A DNA stretch of 63,907 nucleotides, filler included, from Octopus bimaculoides (lineage: Eukaryota): assembly GCF_001194135.2 (NCBI RefSeq). It is 5 parts of 4 records of this genome, joined end to end, with 100 filler letters (N's around TTAATTAATTAA, not from the genome) between each part and the next. Parts side by side here need not be neighbours in the genome. Positions count along the whole stretch, not along the records: positions 20,837 to 43,556 come from NC_069007.1; 4 more parts are not named here. One strand, 5' to 3'. Shown here piece after piece: positions 25,945-37,911 of this stretch. The position numbers and the translations under genes are program-made. Every line of letters begins with the position of its first letter. Position 1 is the first letter of the stretch. The notes under the pieces were generated by a model. That model saw only the letters and a program-made list of their open reading frames with translations. It did not search any database and was not told where the DNA came from.

Positions 25945-26590
25945 GTGGCCGTTTCAGCTTGCTAGAAATAGCAGCAAAATCTCCCTTCAATGGAACCCTC
26001 CACCACTTTTTCGTCGTCTTAGTAAAAATGAACTGTGGTGATTATCGTGCTGGATTCCCAGTACGTGCGTAGAAAAACAGGCGGGATAGCAGTGCTGGAA
26101 CGCTCTCGATTATACGGTTTCTCAGTCAGATTTGGTTTGCGTCCAAACATCAGGGTGGTGTCTCTGATCTACTAGAAATACCTGCCAAATCTGCTTCCAA
26201 TGAAAATCCTTCCTCATCGTCTGAGAAGAGGAACCGTTAAAGAATTATTCTACTGAGTTCTGTGTTCGTACGTGGCAATATAGAGTGGACGGTCACAGTT
26301 TAGATGCTCTTGAACATTGTGCTACTCAGTTAAACTAAAGAACATCAAGGAGACTAAAACAACTAGGTGGCTTCTATGTGGTCATCTGACCTGCATGAAA
26401 TAGCAACAAAATCTCCCTATAATCGAGCCCGTTCCGTCGTCTTAGAAAAAGCAGCGTTAGAGATTACGGTGCTGGGCTTTTTTGTATGTACATAGAAAAA
26501 TCGACAAGGTGGTTATGGTTGGAATGCTTTTGATCATAGATGTGATCATTTAGAAATAACCTGAAACTCATTAACATCAACACTAACAAC
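25945..26590 (+). repeat. Cluster of fragments of dispersed repeat family F
   Basis: ctagaaatagcagc(a/c)aaatctccct recurs at about 25962 and 26395, and partly at 26170. Inverted copies lie at about 29470-29590 and 29735-29970, and a short piece at about 41503. Confidence 0.6.
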
Positions 26591-27212
26591 AAGAGATAAA
26601 AGTGCCATTGCTTGTATAACTGCTGGATATAGTAGTCATCTGCCCTTCGATTTCCAACGCATCATCTTAGTCCGTTGCATACCTGGTGTTTCATATGTGA
26701 TACACAAGACATCTTTCCCTGGCGTTCATGCATCATATATAATACAACTATTCAGTATTTTTTTCAACTTCCAGAGTGACCTTGAACTTATGAAAGGAAG
26801 GCTTTATATTACTCAGAGCAAATGAAATAAGGACTATCTAAAAGTGTGAAAACAAGAACAGACGATTAGGATAAATTTACGAAAATGCTTTCGACAGCTG
26901 TCTTGATCCCATATTTTTTTCAGGAATACCAAGGACTACATTAGTTTTATGTATCTTTCTTTGCTGTTGTCTAACTCTTTGAGTGCTCGTATCATGTATA
27001 ATACACAAGACATCTTCTCCTGGTATCCGTACTTCGAGTGGGATACAAAGGTAGTAAGTTGACTATGAAAGACTGCTGCTAGAGCTGTAAACTCTTGCAT
27101 GCATAGATCTCAGCCCTTCTTATAAATAACTACGTTGCTTGTTTTCACATAAACGGACATCTAACTGTTCAAAGAAGACTTCAAAAGTAACTAGTAGCGA
27201 CTCCACTTGAAA

Positions 27213-27305
27213 ATGGAAAGAAATTGGCATCGTGGTGTCATGAAGTACCTAGAGCAAAAGCATTTAGCTCCAAAGGACATTCATACTGATACGGTTCCAA
27301 CATGG
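27213..27305 (+). pseudogene. Mariner-type transposase N-terminal remnant
   Basis: MERNWHRGVMKYLEQKHLAPKDIHTD resembles mariner N-termini (..HRGVIKYL.KKGL.PKDIH.DM). It is truncated next to a SINE. Confidence 0.6.
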
Positions 27306-27339
27306 AACTAAATTTCATCGATCACGAAAATATATATAT

Positions 27340-27711
27340 GTTGGCACTCTGTCACTTACGACGTCGAGGGTTCCAGTTGAACAGCCTGCACGTGAAATTA
27401 ACGTGCAAGTGGCTGAGCACTCCACAGACACGTGTACCCTTAAGGTAGTTCTCGGGGATATTCAGCGTGACACAGTGTGTGACAAGGCTGACCCTTTGAA
27501 TTACAGGCACACGGAAATAGGAAGTAAGAGTGAGAGAAAGTTGTGGTGAAAGAGTACAGCAGGGTTCGCCACCATCCCCTGCCGGAGCCTCGTGGAGCGT
27601 TAGGTTTTTTTTTCGCTCAATAAACACTCACAACGCCCGGTCTGGGAATCGAAACTGCGATCCTATGACCGCGAGTCCGCTGCCTTAACCACTGGGCCAT
27701 TGTGCCTCCAC
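27340..27711 (-). mobile_element. tRNA-derived SINE family A, full length
   Basis: Complete head and tail, near-identical to 21702-22076. Confidence 0.9.
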
Positions 27712-28658
27712 TGCCAAAGTCGAGATTGGGTACATGACGCAGTCCTCCCACTGGCCAGATCCTGCCGAACTACCCAACCCATACCAGCATGGATGATGGA
27801 CATTAAATGAAGATGATGATGACATACATACGTATATATGCGCACATGTGTGCAGATGTGCATGCACATGTTCGCATGTGTGTTTACATTTTTTCTCATA
27901 TCGATGGCAAGGAAATCGAAAACATATAAAAGACAAATCAGGGTTCGAGTTCGTTGTCTTAAACAATATAGACATATGTCTATATTGTTTACAACACTTG
28001 ATGGTCATGGATAGAACGCTTTTCTTTTATCAAAAGAAGAAAGCAGTACGTATGACCCCCTTTCAGGACTTCATGAAACTGGAAGCAACGTATCAAAGAA
28101 ACCGAAAATATGTCCTGACTGTTTCGAAACTGATTGGTTCCTAATAAAACCTATCCTTAAACTCGTCGCGAGGTGACCAGAACCATGTCGTAGTCTTCGA
28201 AGCGGGTGGCAGGGCTGTTTCAGAACCAGTTGGCAATGATCCCAGAGGATGATGCTTCCCAGAAGCAGCTGGCATTGGTACCAGAAAAAAACGAAGGGGT
28301 ATCAACATTAGGCCAGACTCTGGCTTAAGTGTAGCAAAAAAAAAAAAAATGGCTACGAAGGGATTTGCAATCAAAACGTTAGCAGCGGAGGAGAAATGAC
28401 ACAAATACCACGTAACCGTTCGATCGTTTTCACGATACTATCAGCCCAACGCTGGAGATTGCTGTTTATTTGTCGACCGGTGGTTAAACAATAACAACAA
28501 CAACAACAACAAGGAGTCTCTGGAACTTTTGCAATTGCATCTTGAGGAAGCTCTGCATCAAAGACGTGTGATATTGTGCAGCTGCTACTATTTTCGCCTC
28601 GTCTTCTACTGCCGTTAACGGATGTTATACACACTGCCATTTCTACTGTTATTAGGGT

Positions 28659-28703
<45 letters not shown>

Positions 28704-29260
28704 NNNNNNNNNNNNNNNNNNNNNNNNNNNNNNNNNNNNNNNNNNNNNNNNNNNNNNNNNNNNNNNNNNNNNNNNNNNNNNNNNNNNNNNNNNNNNNNNN
28801 NNNNNNNNNNNNNNNNNNNNNNNNNNNNNNNNNNNNNNNNNNNNNNNNNNNNNNNNNNNNNNNNNNNNNNNNNNNNNNNNNNNNNNNNNNNNNNNNNNNN
28901 NNNNNNNNNNNNNATATATATATATATATATATATATACGCACACATATAAACACATAAACACACATATACATAAGGTACATTTTTTACCTATCTGCATG
29001 TACGTGTGTGTGTATATGTGTGCATATATATATATATATATCTATATATATGTTCATATACATGTGTGTGTGTGTGTGTGTGTGTGTATTGTTGCAGCAA
29101 CTAGCAGAGGCAATCGTGTTATTGTTGCTGTTATAATTGTTGTTGTCGCTTTTCCTTCTTATTTTAACAATAGTCCTTGACATTTTTTAACATTATTCAT
29201 GTTTTGATTTCGATTTACCCCTATTATTACTCTCACTCTTCTTATCGTTGTCGCTCTTTA

Positions 29261-29321
<61 letters not shown>

Positions 29322-29339
29322 ATCATTCTTCCTCTTCTT

Positions 29340-29445
29340 CGATAAAATAAGTACCAGATGAGTACTGGGGGTAAGTCGATGTAATCGACTCATTCCCCCC
29401 CTCATAACTTGCTGGCCTTTCGTCAAAATTTGAAGCTATTATTTT
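29340..29445 (+). mobile_element. SINE family C 3' half
   Basis: gataaaataagtaccagatgagtactggggg...gatgtaatcgact...gctggcctt. Confidence 0.65.
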
Positions 29446-30387
29446 TATTATTGTTGTAGTTATTGTTCCGCATAAGGCCAGCTGTAGTCAAAGGCACTCC
29501 TGCCACGACCATCCCATTTTCCTAGGGTTCACATTATCTAACTTGGGGTACGTTTTGAGAGAAATTGGGTTATTTCTATCCAATGGAGTGTCGGTGTTCT
29601 TGTTGGTATATTTATTCTTGTTAGCAATAGTACAGTTGTTGTTATTTGCTCCCCTTATTTTTAATGTTGTTAGTGATGTTATTGTTTGTTGATGCCGATA
29701 ATATCTTTATCGTTGTTCATGTTGTCGCTGCTTAGACCTTATGAGGTCAAGCCTGATTGTGCAGAACCATGAAACATAGTCTGACGCGTCCTAACTTTTA
29801 AGCATCTCGTTTACGACCGTAAAAAAAAAAAACTTATCTAAAATTAAGACAACCTCCACTTTCAATATTACGTAACATATCCTTCCATTCAGTTCCATAC
29901 CAGACATTAAGACAGTTGCGCGTGAGATTTAACAAACATTGGCTATTATTTCTAGCAGAGTGAGCGAACACCCAAGAACCTTCTTCGTCTCTGTTAATAT
30001 TGGTGTTCGTGTTGATGTAGTATTTAATGCTGGCGGCCTTGTTGGCTGTTTTTTACAATATTTTTGTTTGCAATCTCCGCGTCCTGAGATTTAAGAGTAG
30101 CTACTTTCATAGTCAGCGTCTACTCTTCCTACCACTTTTGCAATAGGTCAGCCATTTGCAAAAAATATCTCGAGAGAAGATATGTTTAAACTTGTCGAGC
30201 GACGACAACGAATAAATAAATAAAAACAAGTTAGTAACCAACCCAAATGAGAGGAGGTGGTGTACGTAATACAGATAAACTTCCTCGTGCATTTATCTTT
30301 TATTTACTTTATGTTCAAACACAGTCAGAGAACATTTCAACAACACACCACGTACGTAGACGAACGAATGTAATGTGTGTGTCTGAA

Positions 30388-30441
<54 letters not shown>

Positions 30442-30643
30442 AATAAATACATATACTTATACACATACGTACACATGTTTGTGTGAATGTTTGTATCCAT
30501 TAGACGAGAGAGAGAGAGAGGGAGAGAGTGACATTTTAAATACACAAAACAAGGAGGCATGTTTAAACGCTGAATACAATCATTTAATGATATAAGATGG
30601 AGATGTTTGTGATGTTGATGATGATGATAATACTAATAATAAT

Positions 30644-31380
30644 AAGAAGAAGAAGATGAAAAGGAAGAAGAAGAAGAAGAAGAAGAAGAAGAAAACGAGA
30701 AAAAGAAGAAGAAGAAGAAGAAGAAAACGAGAAAAAGAAGAAGAAGAAGAAGAAAACGAGAAAAAGAAGATGAAGAAGAAGAAAAGGAAGAAGAAGAAAA
30801 GGAAGAAAAAGAGGATAAAGAAAAGGAAGAAGAAGAAAAGGAAGAAGAAGAAAAGGAAGAAGAAGAAAAGGAAGAAGAAAAGGAAGAAGAAGAAGAAAAG
30901 GAAGAAGAAGAAGAGGAGGAAGAAGAAGAAGAAAAGGAAGAAGTAGAAGAGGAGGAAGAAGAAGAAGAAAAGGAAGAAGTAGAAGATGAAGAAAAGGAAG
31001 AAGAAAAGGAAGAAGAAAAGGAGAAGAAGAAGAAAAGGAGGAGGAAGAAGAAGAAGAAGAAGAAAAGGAAGAAGAAGAGGAGGAAGAAGAAGAAGATGAA
31101 GAAAAGGAAGAAGAAAAGGAGGAAGAAGAAGAAGAAGAAGATAAAGAAAAGGAAGAAGAAGATAAAGAAAAGGAAGAAGAAGATAAAGAAAAAGAAGAAG
31201 AAAAGGAAGAAGAAGAAGAAGAAAAGGAAGAAGAAGAAAAGGAAGAAGAAGAAAAGGAAGAAGAAGAAGAAGAAGAAAAGGAAGAAGAAAAAGATGAAGA
31301 AGAAGAAGAAAAGGACGAAGAAGAAGAAGAAGAAGAAAAGGAAGAAGAAGAAGAAGGGGAAGGGGAGGAAGAAGAGGATG
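30644..31380 (+). repeat. Long polypurine (GAA)n/(GAAAAG) compound microsatellite
   Basis: About 740 bp, almost purely A/G, built from gaagaagaagaaaag-type units. It is followed by (GAT/GAC) repeats. Confidence 0.95.
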
Positions 31381-31749
31381 ATGGTAACTACAATGATGAA
31401 GACATCGTTGATGACGGCGGCGGCGAGGCTGGAGATGGGATCGACGACGACAAAGAAGACGAAAATGACGTCGACAACGACGAAAACGGCGAAGATGAAG
31501 ACGACGATTAAGACGATGATGATGATGATGACGATGATGACAATGGTAGCATTGTTATTTGTTGGTAGTTTATACAGAAAGTATCTCTACAAGAATAGAC
31601 GCATTGATTAAAAGAATGATACAGGTAGATTATGTAACCAAAATCGCAAGAGTGGTACATTTGCAGAACATTCGGACAATGGCACTTTTTCGGCATTGCA
31701 CACAACTTATGTCGAATATCGGCAAAAGAGTAGAAAACAGAAATACTGA

Positions 31750-32275
31750 AACAAGGCACACAGATCTGTGCTCTACAGTGAATGCATGTATCCCGGATTA
31801 CACAGTTCTGAGCTCAGCTGGATTCTGTGAAAGCATGTGTCCAAGGTACGCAGCGCAGTGCCAAGTTGTGGAGTGAAACGCGTATCCCAGGCGCTTGAAG
31901 CTGTGCTCAGTTGTCTGTATTCATAGCACGTAGAACTGTGCATTGATTGCTCGTTTCTAAGGGGTACTGAACTGCGATCATCTGCGATGTTAATGCACGT
32001 AGCCAAGTTATACAGGATCGTGCTCTGCTAAAGGAAACTCAGCTCTGCTCAGCTCTGCTCAGCTCTGCTCAGCTGTACATTGAAAGAATGCATCCAAGAC
32101 ACGCAGAGCTACGATCAACTACAAAGGGCTCTGCTCATCTGTACCGTGAAAACATTTGTCCAAGTTACACAGAACTATGCTCATCGGTTTCACTGACTGC
32201 ACTTATCCAAGGTACACAGAGATGTACTCAGCTAAAGCTCATAGAAAAGAGCTATACTCAGCTGTAGGTTGAAGT
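31750..32275 (+). repeat. Degenerate ~45-bp minisatellite with embedded perfect 10-mer (ctcagctctg) run
   Basis: Recurring ccaaggtacacagagctgtgctcagctgta..gtgaaa.catgt-like units at about 31750, 31793, 31841, 32094, 32160 and 32207. Confidence 0.65.
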
Positions 32276-32599
32276 TATAGGGGTTGTTGGGAACAAATCG
32301 CTCGGCAATCACCAAAATCTGTGTCCTATCGACAACACATCTAACGATAGAATCAATCTTTTAGCGGAAATATATCGGTTTCTCTCAAGACTCCACCTGC
32401 TTTGCTGAGAGACGCAACAAACCATCACATTTGGCATAAAAGTCCACTGTTTCTGGTTCACAACTGGCCCAGATAGTCGGACAAAGGCCCGCATCTGCCT
32501 GGAATCGAATAATTCAACGTATTTCTTTTGAACCGTGCTACCAAGTAGACTTAGCTTCTTGTCTAATTACAAGCATCTTAGCTCTGGCACACAGTGTAC

Positions 32600-32666
<67 letters not shown>

Positions 32667-33088
32667 TGTATGTATGTATGTATGTATAAGTTAATGTATG
32701 TATATATACATCCATACACTAATACGCATATATATGTTGTATATACATATATATATGCATATATATACATACGTATATGAATGCATGTATGTATATATAT
32801 ATGTTTATATATATATATATATAAATATACATATACCTTATATATATACATATACATATATAAATATATGTGTGTGTGTTATGTGTATGTATGTATGTAT
32901 GTATGTATGTACTACTGATGTATTCTCAAGGTCTTAAAGGTTCTTGGATTATACATTATCTCTCTGTTCTTATCTTAATGTTATTTCAATTATGTATTTA
33001 TAGTAGAATGCATTTATTCCACTATATAACTGCACTTAGAAGTACCCTTCACAGAATTAGTCACACACACACACACGCGCACACACAC

Positions 33089-33127
<39 letters not shown>

Positions 33128-33247
33128 CACACACACACACAAACACAAAGACTGACACACGGCATTTATAAACACTAATTCGCAATTATATATACATAGA
33201 TACATAATACATACATGCATACGTATAGACGTACGCTCACACACGTT

Positions 33248-33284
<37 letters not shown>

Positions 33285-33318
33285 TTGTGTGTGTGTATAC
33301 ATATATGTATGTGTATGT

Positions 33319-33390
<72 letters not shown>

Positions 33391-33639
33391 ATATATACTT
33401 TTTTATTTCTCTCTTTCATTCTTAAAAAACTATCGTTTTTTTTTTAATATTTATATATAATAATGTTGTTGTTGTTATGGCCCTTGTTAAGTCGCTCTTA
33501 AATATTTAATTTAACTGAACATCATTTTATCAGAATTCATCATGTTTAAACGTCTATTTACATGCGTTTCAACACACCATTTTCCCGCGTTTTTTCTTTT
33601 ATTCTTATAAACTCATGTTGAAATTTATTTGCTTTCTTT

Positions 33640-34037
33640 TATTTGATTCAATCATTTGGCAGTGGCCATGCTGGGGAATAACGTTAAAGAGCTTAGTTGG
33701 AAAAAAACTGATCCCAGTTCTTATCCCTTCTAATTTTGCTGAAGCGCTAGGTGAGGGGGATGTAAACAAACCAACATCAGTTGTCAAACTTTGTTGGGAG
33801 ACAAATACAAAAACAAAGGCACACACACACACTTTCACACTTACACACATACACACTCGCACACATACATATATACGACGGGCTTCTTTCAGTCTTCGTC
33901 TACCAAATCTACTCACAAGGCTTTGGTCGACCTGGGGCTATAGTGGAAGACACTGGGCCATGTTGTCTTGCAGTACGACTAAACCGAAGATGACATGGTT
34001 TGGAAGCAAGATTTGTACTACAGCGTCATGCATGCAC
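33640..34037 (-). mobile_element. SINE family B
   Basis: Both halves are present around an internal (CA)/(TA) run, e.g. atatacgacgggcttctttcagtcttcgtctaccaaatctactcacaaggctttggtcg. Confidence 0.8.
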
Positions 34038-34064
34038 CAATTTACTCAGCAACACCTTGTATTT

Positions 34065-34300
34065 AAATCATTCTCACCGCAGGTCAAACTTCTTTCATAT
34101 TTAGCCTTTAACATGTGAGGTGAAGTTGAGAAAGTCATCAACCGCTCTGTCTGCAGCATGAAGGTCTATCTGGTAGCCAAGATAAAGTCGGTACTCGAAG
34201 GCCTTCCCAGGGACAGTGAGAAATACATGCACCATGTTCCTGGGCCGTCTTGAGGCTGAGTTGGAAGATGAAGGCGGCTACTTTGTGTAAGCTATTATCT
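34065..34300 (+). pseudogene. Tc1/mariner-superfamily transposase C-terminal remnant
   Basis: M*GEVEKVINRSVCSMKVYLVAKIKSVLEGLPRD, then a frameshift to FLGRLEAELEDEGGYFV*. This resembles the VWG.VE...L..KI...RFR.RLEAV.EA.GGY.E* end of transposases. Confidence 0.6.
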
Positions 34301-34498
34301 TTCAGATATAATCTAGTTGATATTTTTAGATTTAAAAAAAAAAAATATTACTTTGGGATCGGATACTGCGTTTTTGCAACAAGCAAATTAGCTAGTCAGA
34401 AAATTTCTCTAAGAGATGAAAGCTGTAACTATACTGAGAAGTAATGTTTGTCGTCGTTTCAACATGGTTGTTCCGTAGGAACCGACATTTCTACCATC

Positions 34499-34641
34499 TT
34501 AACCCCAGGAGGACGCCTCTTCCAGCTGATTAGTCGACGCCAGTACCACCCGACCGTACAGTTTCGAGCTATTTGTGCTCATCTTCAGTGGTGCAGATTG
34601 CATCGACTAACCAGCTGGAGCAGGCGTTCTCCTGGGACTAA
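34499..34641. repeat. ~42-bp inverted repeat enclosing the hammerhead motif
   Basis: cccaggaggacgcctcttccagctgattagtcgacgc pairs with gcatcgactaaccagctggagcaggcgttctcctggg with a few mismatches or GU pairs. Confidence 0.85.
34546..34595 (-). ncRNA. Candidate type I hammerhead ribozyme
   Basis: The minus strand reads GCACCA-CUGAAGA-U-GAGC-ACAAAUA-GCUC-GAAA-CUGUACG-GUC/GGGUGG. It has the conserved CUGANGA (34588-34582) and GAAA (34565-34562), a 4-bp stem II, a near-palindromic minimal stem III, a GUC cleavage triplet (34554-34552), and stem I with an A.G mismatch next to the core. Confidence 0.7.
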
Positions 34642-34675
34642 AATGGAACTAACGTCCTTCGGAGAAACTTATGAT

Positions 34676-34985
34676 GCTGGCACTTAATCGGGTACGGCGA
34701 CGAGGGTTCCAGTTGATCCGATCAACAGCCTGCAAGGTGAAATTAACGTCTTAATGGCTGGCACTCCATAAACATGCATACACTTAGCGTAGTTCTCAAG
34801 AAGATTCAGTATGACAGAATATGACAAGGCTGGCCCTTCAAAATACAGGTACTACTCTATTTTTTTGCCTGCTAAGTTGACTTGAGCAACGTGAAATAAA
34901 GTTTCTTGATCAAGGAAACAGCGTGTCGCTGGGAATGGAACTTAACAATCGTGAGCAGAATATCTTAAACACTAAGATGCACTGC
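34676..34985 (-). mobile_element. Chimeric SINE: CORE-like head (family H) plus family A 3' tail
   Basis: The minus strand head has tccttgatcaagaaactttatttcacgttgctcaagtc. It continues into tacctgtattttgaagggccagccttgtca...gatcggatcaactggaaccctcgtcg, which is the family A tail. Confidence 0.6.
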
Positions 34986-35310
34986 AGCAAAATCCGAAAG
35001 GGTAAGACAGTGATCCAACTGGAGTGAAGCAGAAAAGACAGTTCGGAGTCTGAAACTATGGAAGAAATTCCTCGATAGCCTATGCTACAGAGGGAGCGAA
35101 ATGTGTACGTAATGGTACACGTCATCAAATCATACTCGCATGGGAATGGCTGATGGCTGTCATAGCTTCATGTTCATTTGTGCCTTAAAAAATTAACACC
35201 TCTAGGATTATTTTAATCTCAAATAACCCACGTTCGATTTGCAAGTTACAAAATACTTCTAGCTAAAATGCTTTATAAATTACACTGTATAACACAAGTT
35301 TTGCCCCTGG

Positions 35311-35860
35311 GTAGCAACTGTTATTTCCTATTTTCCTATTTGCTTACTCCTAGAAAGTACGAAAAATAGTTAATATTTCCTACAAATCTTTGCTTTTCTT
35401 AGATCTATTCTGACCCCAAAGAATCCCTTTTGACGCATGGCTATCATGCTCCCCCACTGCTCCTGCTAATGGTCAGATATGCACAGATTGTCAGCCACTA
35501 AGGGACATACTGTAGTGGCTAATGTCAAACAACTAACAAGAAAATCTGTTGTACTGAGCTGAATATGTTTAAAGCGATATTTTTTGTTCTTGAATAGTAA
35601 CTGTTTTCTATATTTGCTCACCCTTAGAAAGTATGGAAAATAGTTGATATTTCCTTCAAAATTTGCTTTTGTTACATTTATTCAAACCTCAGAGTCTCTT
35701 TTAATACATGGCATTGATGCTCCCGCCACCGAATTACATCTGCTCCTGATCAGAGATACACATGTTGTCAACCGCTAAGAGACATGTCGAAGAGGTTAAG
35801 GTCAATCAACTGACAATCGAATCCGTGGTTTTGAGCAGAATATTTGCTTTAACGATATTT
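35311..35860. repeat. Two diverged ~283-bp tandem units within a dispersed repeat
   Basis: tag.aactgtt...tatttgct.ac.c.tagaaagta.g.aaaatagtt.atatttcct occurs at 35311 and 35594, and similarity continues to ...gagc.gaatat.t. Confidence 0.7.
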
Positions 35861-36084
35861 CCGCTTCAGCAACTCAGCGCTGAATCCGTTTGAAATGTAA
35901 TGGAAAAGAGGTCAGTTTGAAAACATTGATACCAAGGTGTGAGGGGAATAGTAGTCATTAGAAGCAATTAGAAAATGACACTTACTGAGCAAAGGCAAAA
36001 AAAAAGTTAATAATAATTCCATTACCCATTGTTATTATTCACTTTTATAATTTCACTTTCACACAGCAGTCCTTAACCACGTTA

Positions 36085-36250
36085 CACCGTAAGGAGCATA
36101 GGGCCGTTTTCCGGTTTCTCTGGTGTTTAAACTTTCCCCAGTCCTTCAATTTTACCAACTGAGTGGATAAGAGCAATATAAAATGAAGTATTTTGTCCAA
36201 GAATACAATGCATCGCCTGAATTGAAATCACATGAGTCCAAAAACCCTAA
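36085..36250 (-). mobile_element. CORE-like SINE family H fragment (similar piece at about 55930-56062)
   Basis: gagtggataagagcaatataaaatgaagtattttgtccaagaatacaatgc, compared with ggactggagcaacgtgaaatgaagtg at 56037. Confidence 0.5.
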
Positions 36251-36447
36251 ATACGAAGATACACACCACTGCTACTTATTTCATGGGGCTGTTTTTGCCG
36301 AACCGCTACGTAGGTTTATACGTATGTATGTATGTTATCAATCAGTTTCATTTCTGTATTTCTTGTCCATAGAGAAAGAGCCGGACTTTAACATATATTC
36401 AAGGCTCCTTCATTGGAACTTTTATCAACATCATCTAGGTATTTGTG

Positions 36448-36492
<45 letters not shown>

Positions 36493-37104
36493 TTTGGTGT
36501 TAGTGTATACGCAGATTTGTATGTTTGTATTATGGATGCGTTTTTATGTATATATTTTCATGACTAGATGCATGCATATGTATTTATGTGCTAAATTTTT
36601 GGAAAGTTTTACATATCTTTACAGTTCCATGTATGTACTATGTACGTATGTATGTATGTATGTATGTATGTATGTATGTATGTGTGTATGCATGCAAGTA
36701 TGTATTTGTGTATGTATGTATTATGTATGTATGTATATGTGTATGTATATATTTATGCATGCATGCATGCATGTAAATACGCATGTATGCAAACATGAAT
36801 GTATGTACCCGCACCGGTGCTGATGCCCTTCCATCCCCGCAACTTAGCGGATCGTCTGAGAGAGGCGTTGAGAATAATTACCACACTTCAAGTACTAGAG
36901 TAGTCGATATGTTCGACTAATGTCCTGCAAAGCGGTACCCGTCATTGCCGCTGCACAAGGATTGGCGGAAGGGAAACGTACATATATACATACATACATA
37001 CATATATACATACATACATACATACATACAGACGTACGTACATATGTATGTATGCTTGTATGTATAAACGTATATGCATATATGCCTGTGTATGTTTATA
37101 TATA

Positions 37105-37196
<92 letters not shown>

Positions 37197-37870
37197 CGTA
37201 TGTGTGTGTTTGTGCGTACATATGCTTGTGTGCGTGCGTATGTGTTGTACTTGAACTCCTGTTTGATAAACAGAATTAAATATTTTTATAAGGATTCTTA
37301 TCTTCCATAGTCTATCATATAGTATCTGGCTTTACATGTGATTAAGTAGGTAAACATAAGACGCTGTTTGTTTAGAGAAGATTTAGACGTGCTTTGAGTG
37401 GTTAGATAAACAGATAGACATATAAGTGTATAGAAATAAGGTTTAGAAACTATTCAAGATAGGGATTTAATCTGAGAGTAGATGTAAAGATTTTAGATTT
37501 ATTTTCAATGTGGAAAAGAATGTTGTAGCCATCTTCTGACTGATATCTGGTCCGCACGTTTGGCTACAAAATGGCGGCCATCTATTGCTTGCCTCACCAG
37601 CCCGCACCGATAGAAAGCCTATTATTTGTATTAAAATGTCTGCCACCCAAGAACAGGAAAGGTGCACTCCCCTTCCTACCCACAGTGAGAAACCTCGCAG
37701 ACGTCCCAAGCGTGACTGAAACATCTTGTAATTTTCTGTTTATCTGTGACAATATATTCCAATAAATATATTTTTTGATAAGCTGGTAGCATATGTACGT
37801 GTGTCTGAATGTGTCCGTGTGTGCGTGTGTTAATGTATCTGTAGTGATATAAATATACATATACACACAC

Positions 37871-37911
<41 letters not shown>

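Noticed and set aside
30656-31611. Lys/Arg-rich ORFs resembling protamine or nucleolar proteins
   Set aside because: Pure (GAA)n-derived sequence, open in several frames by composition alone.
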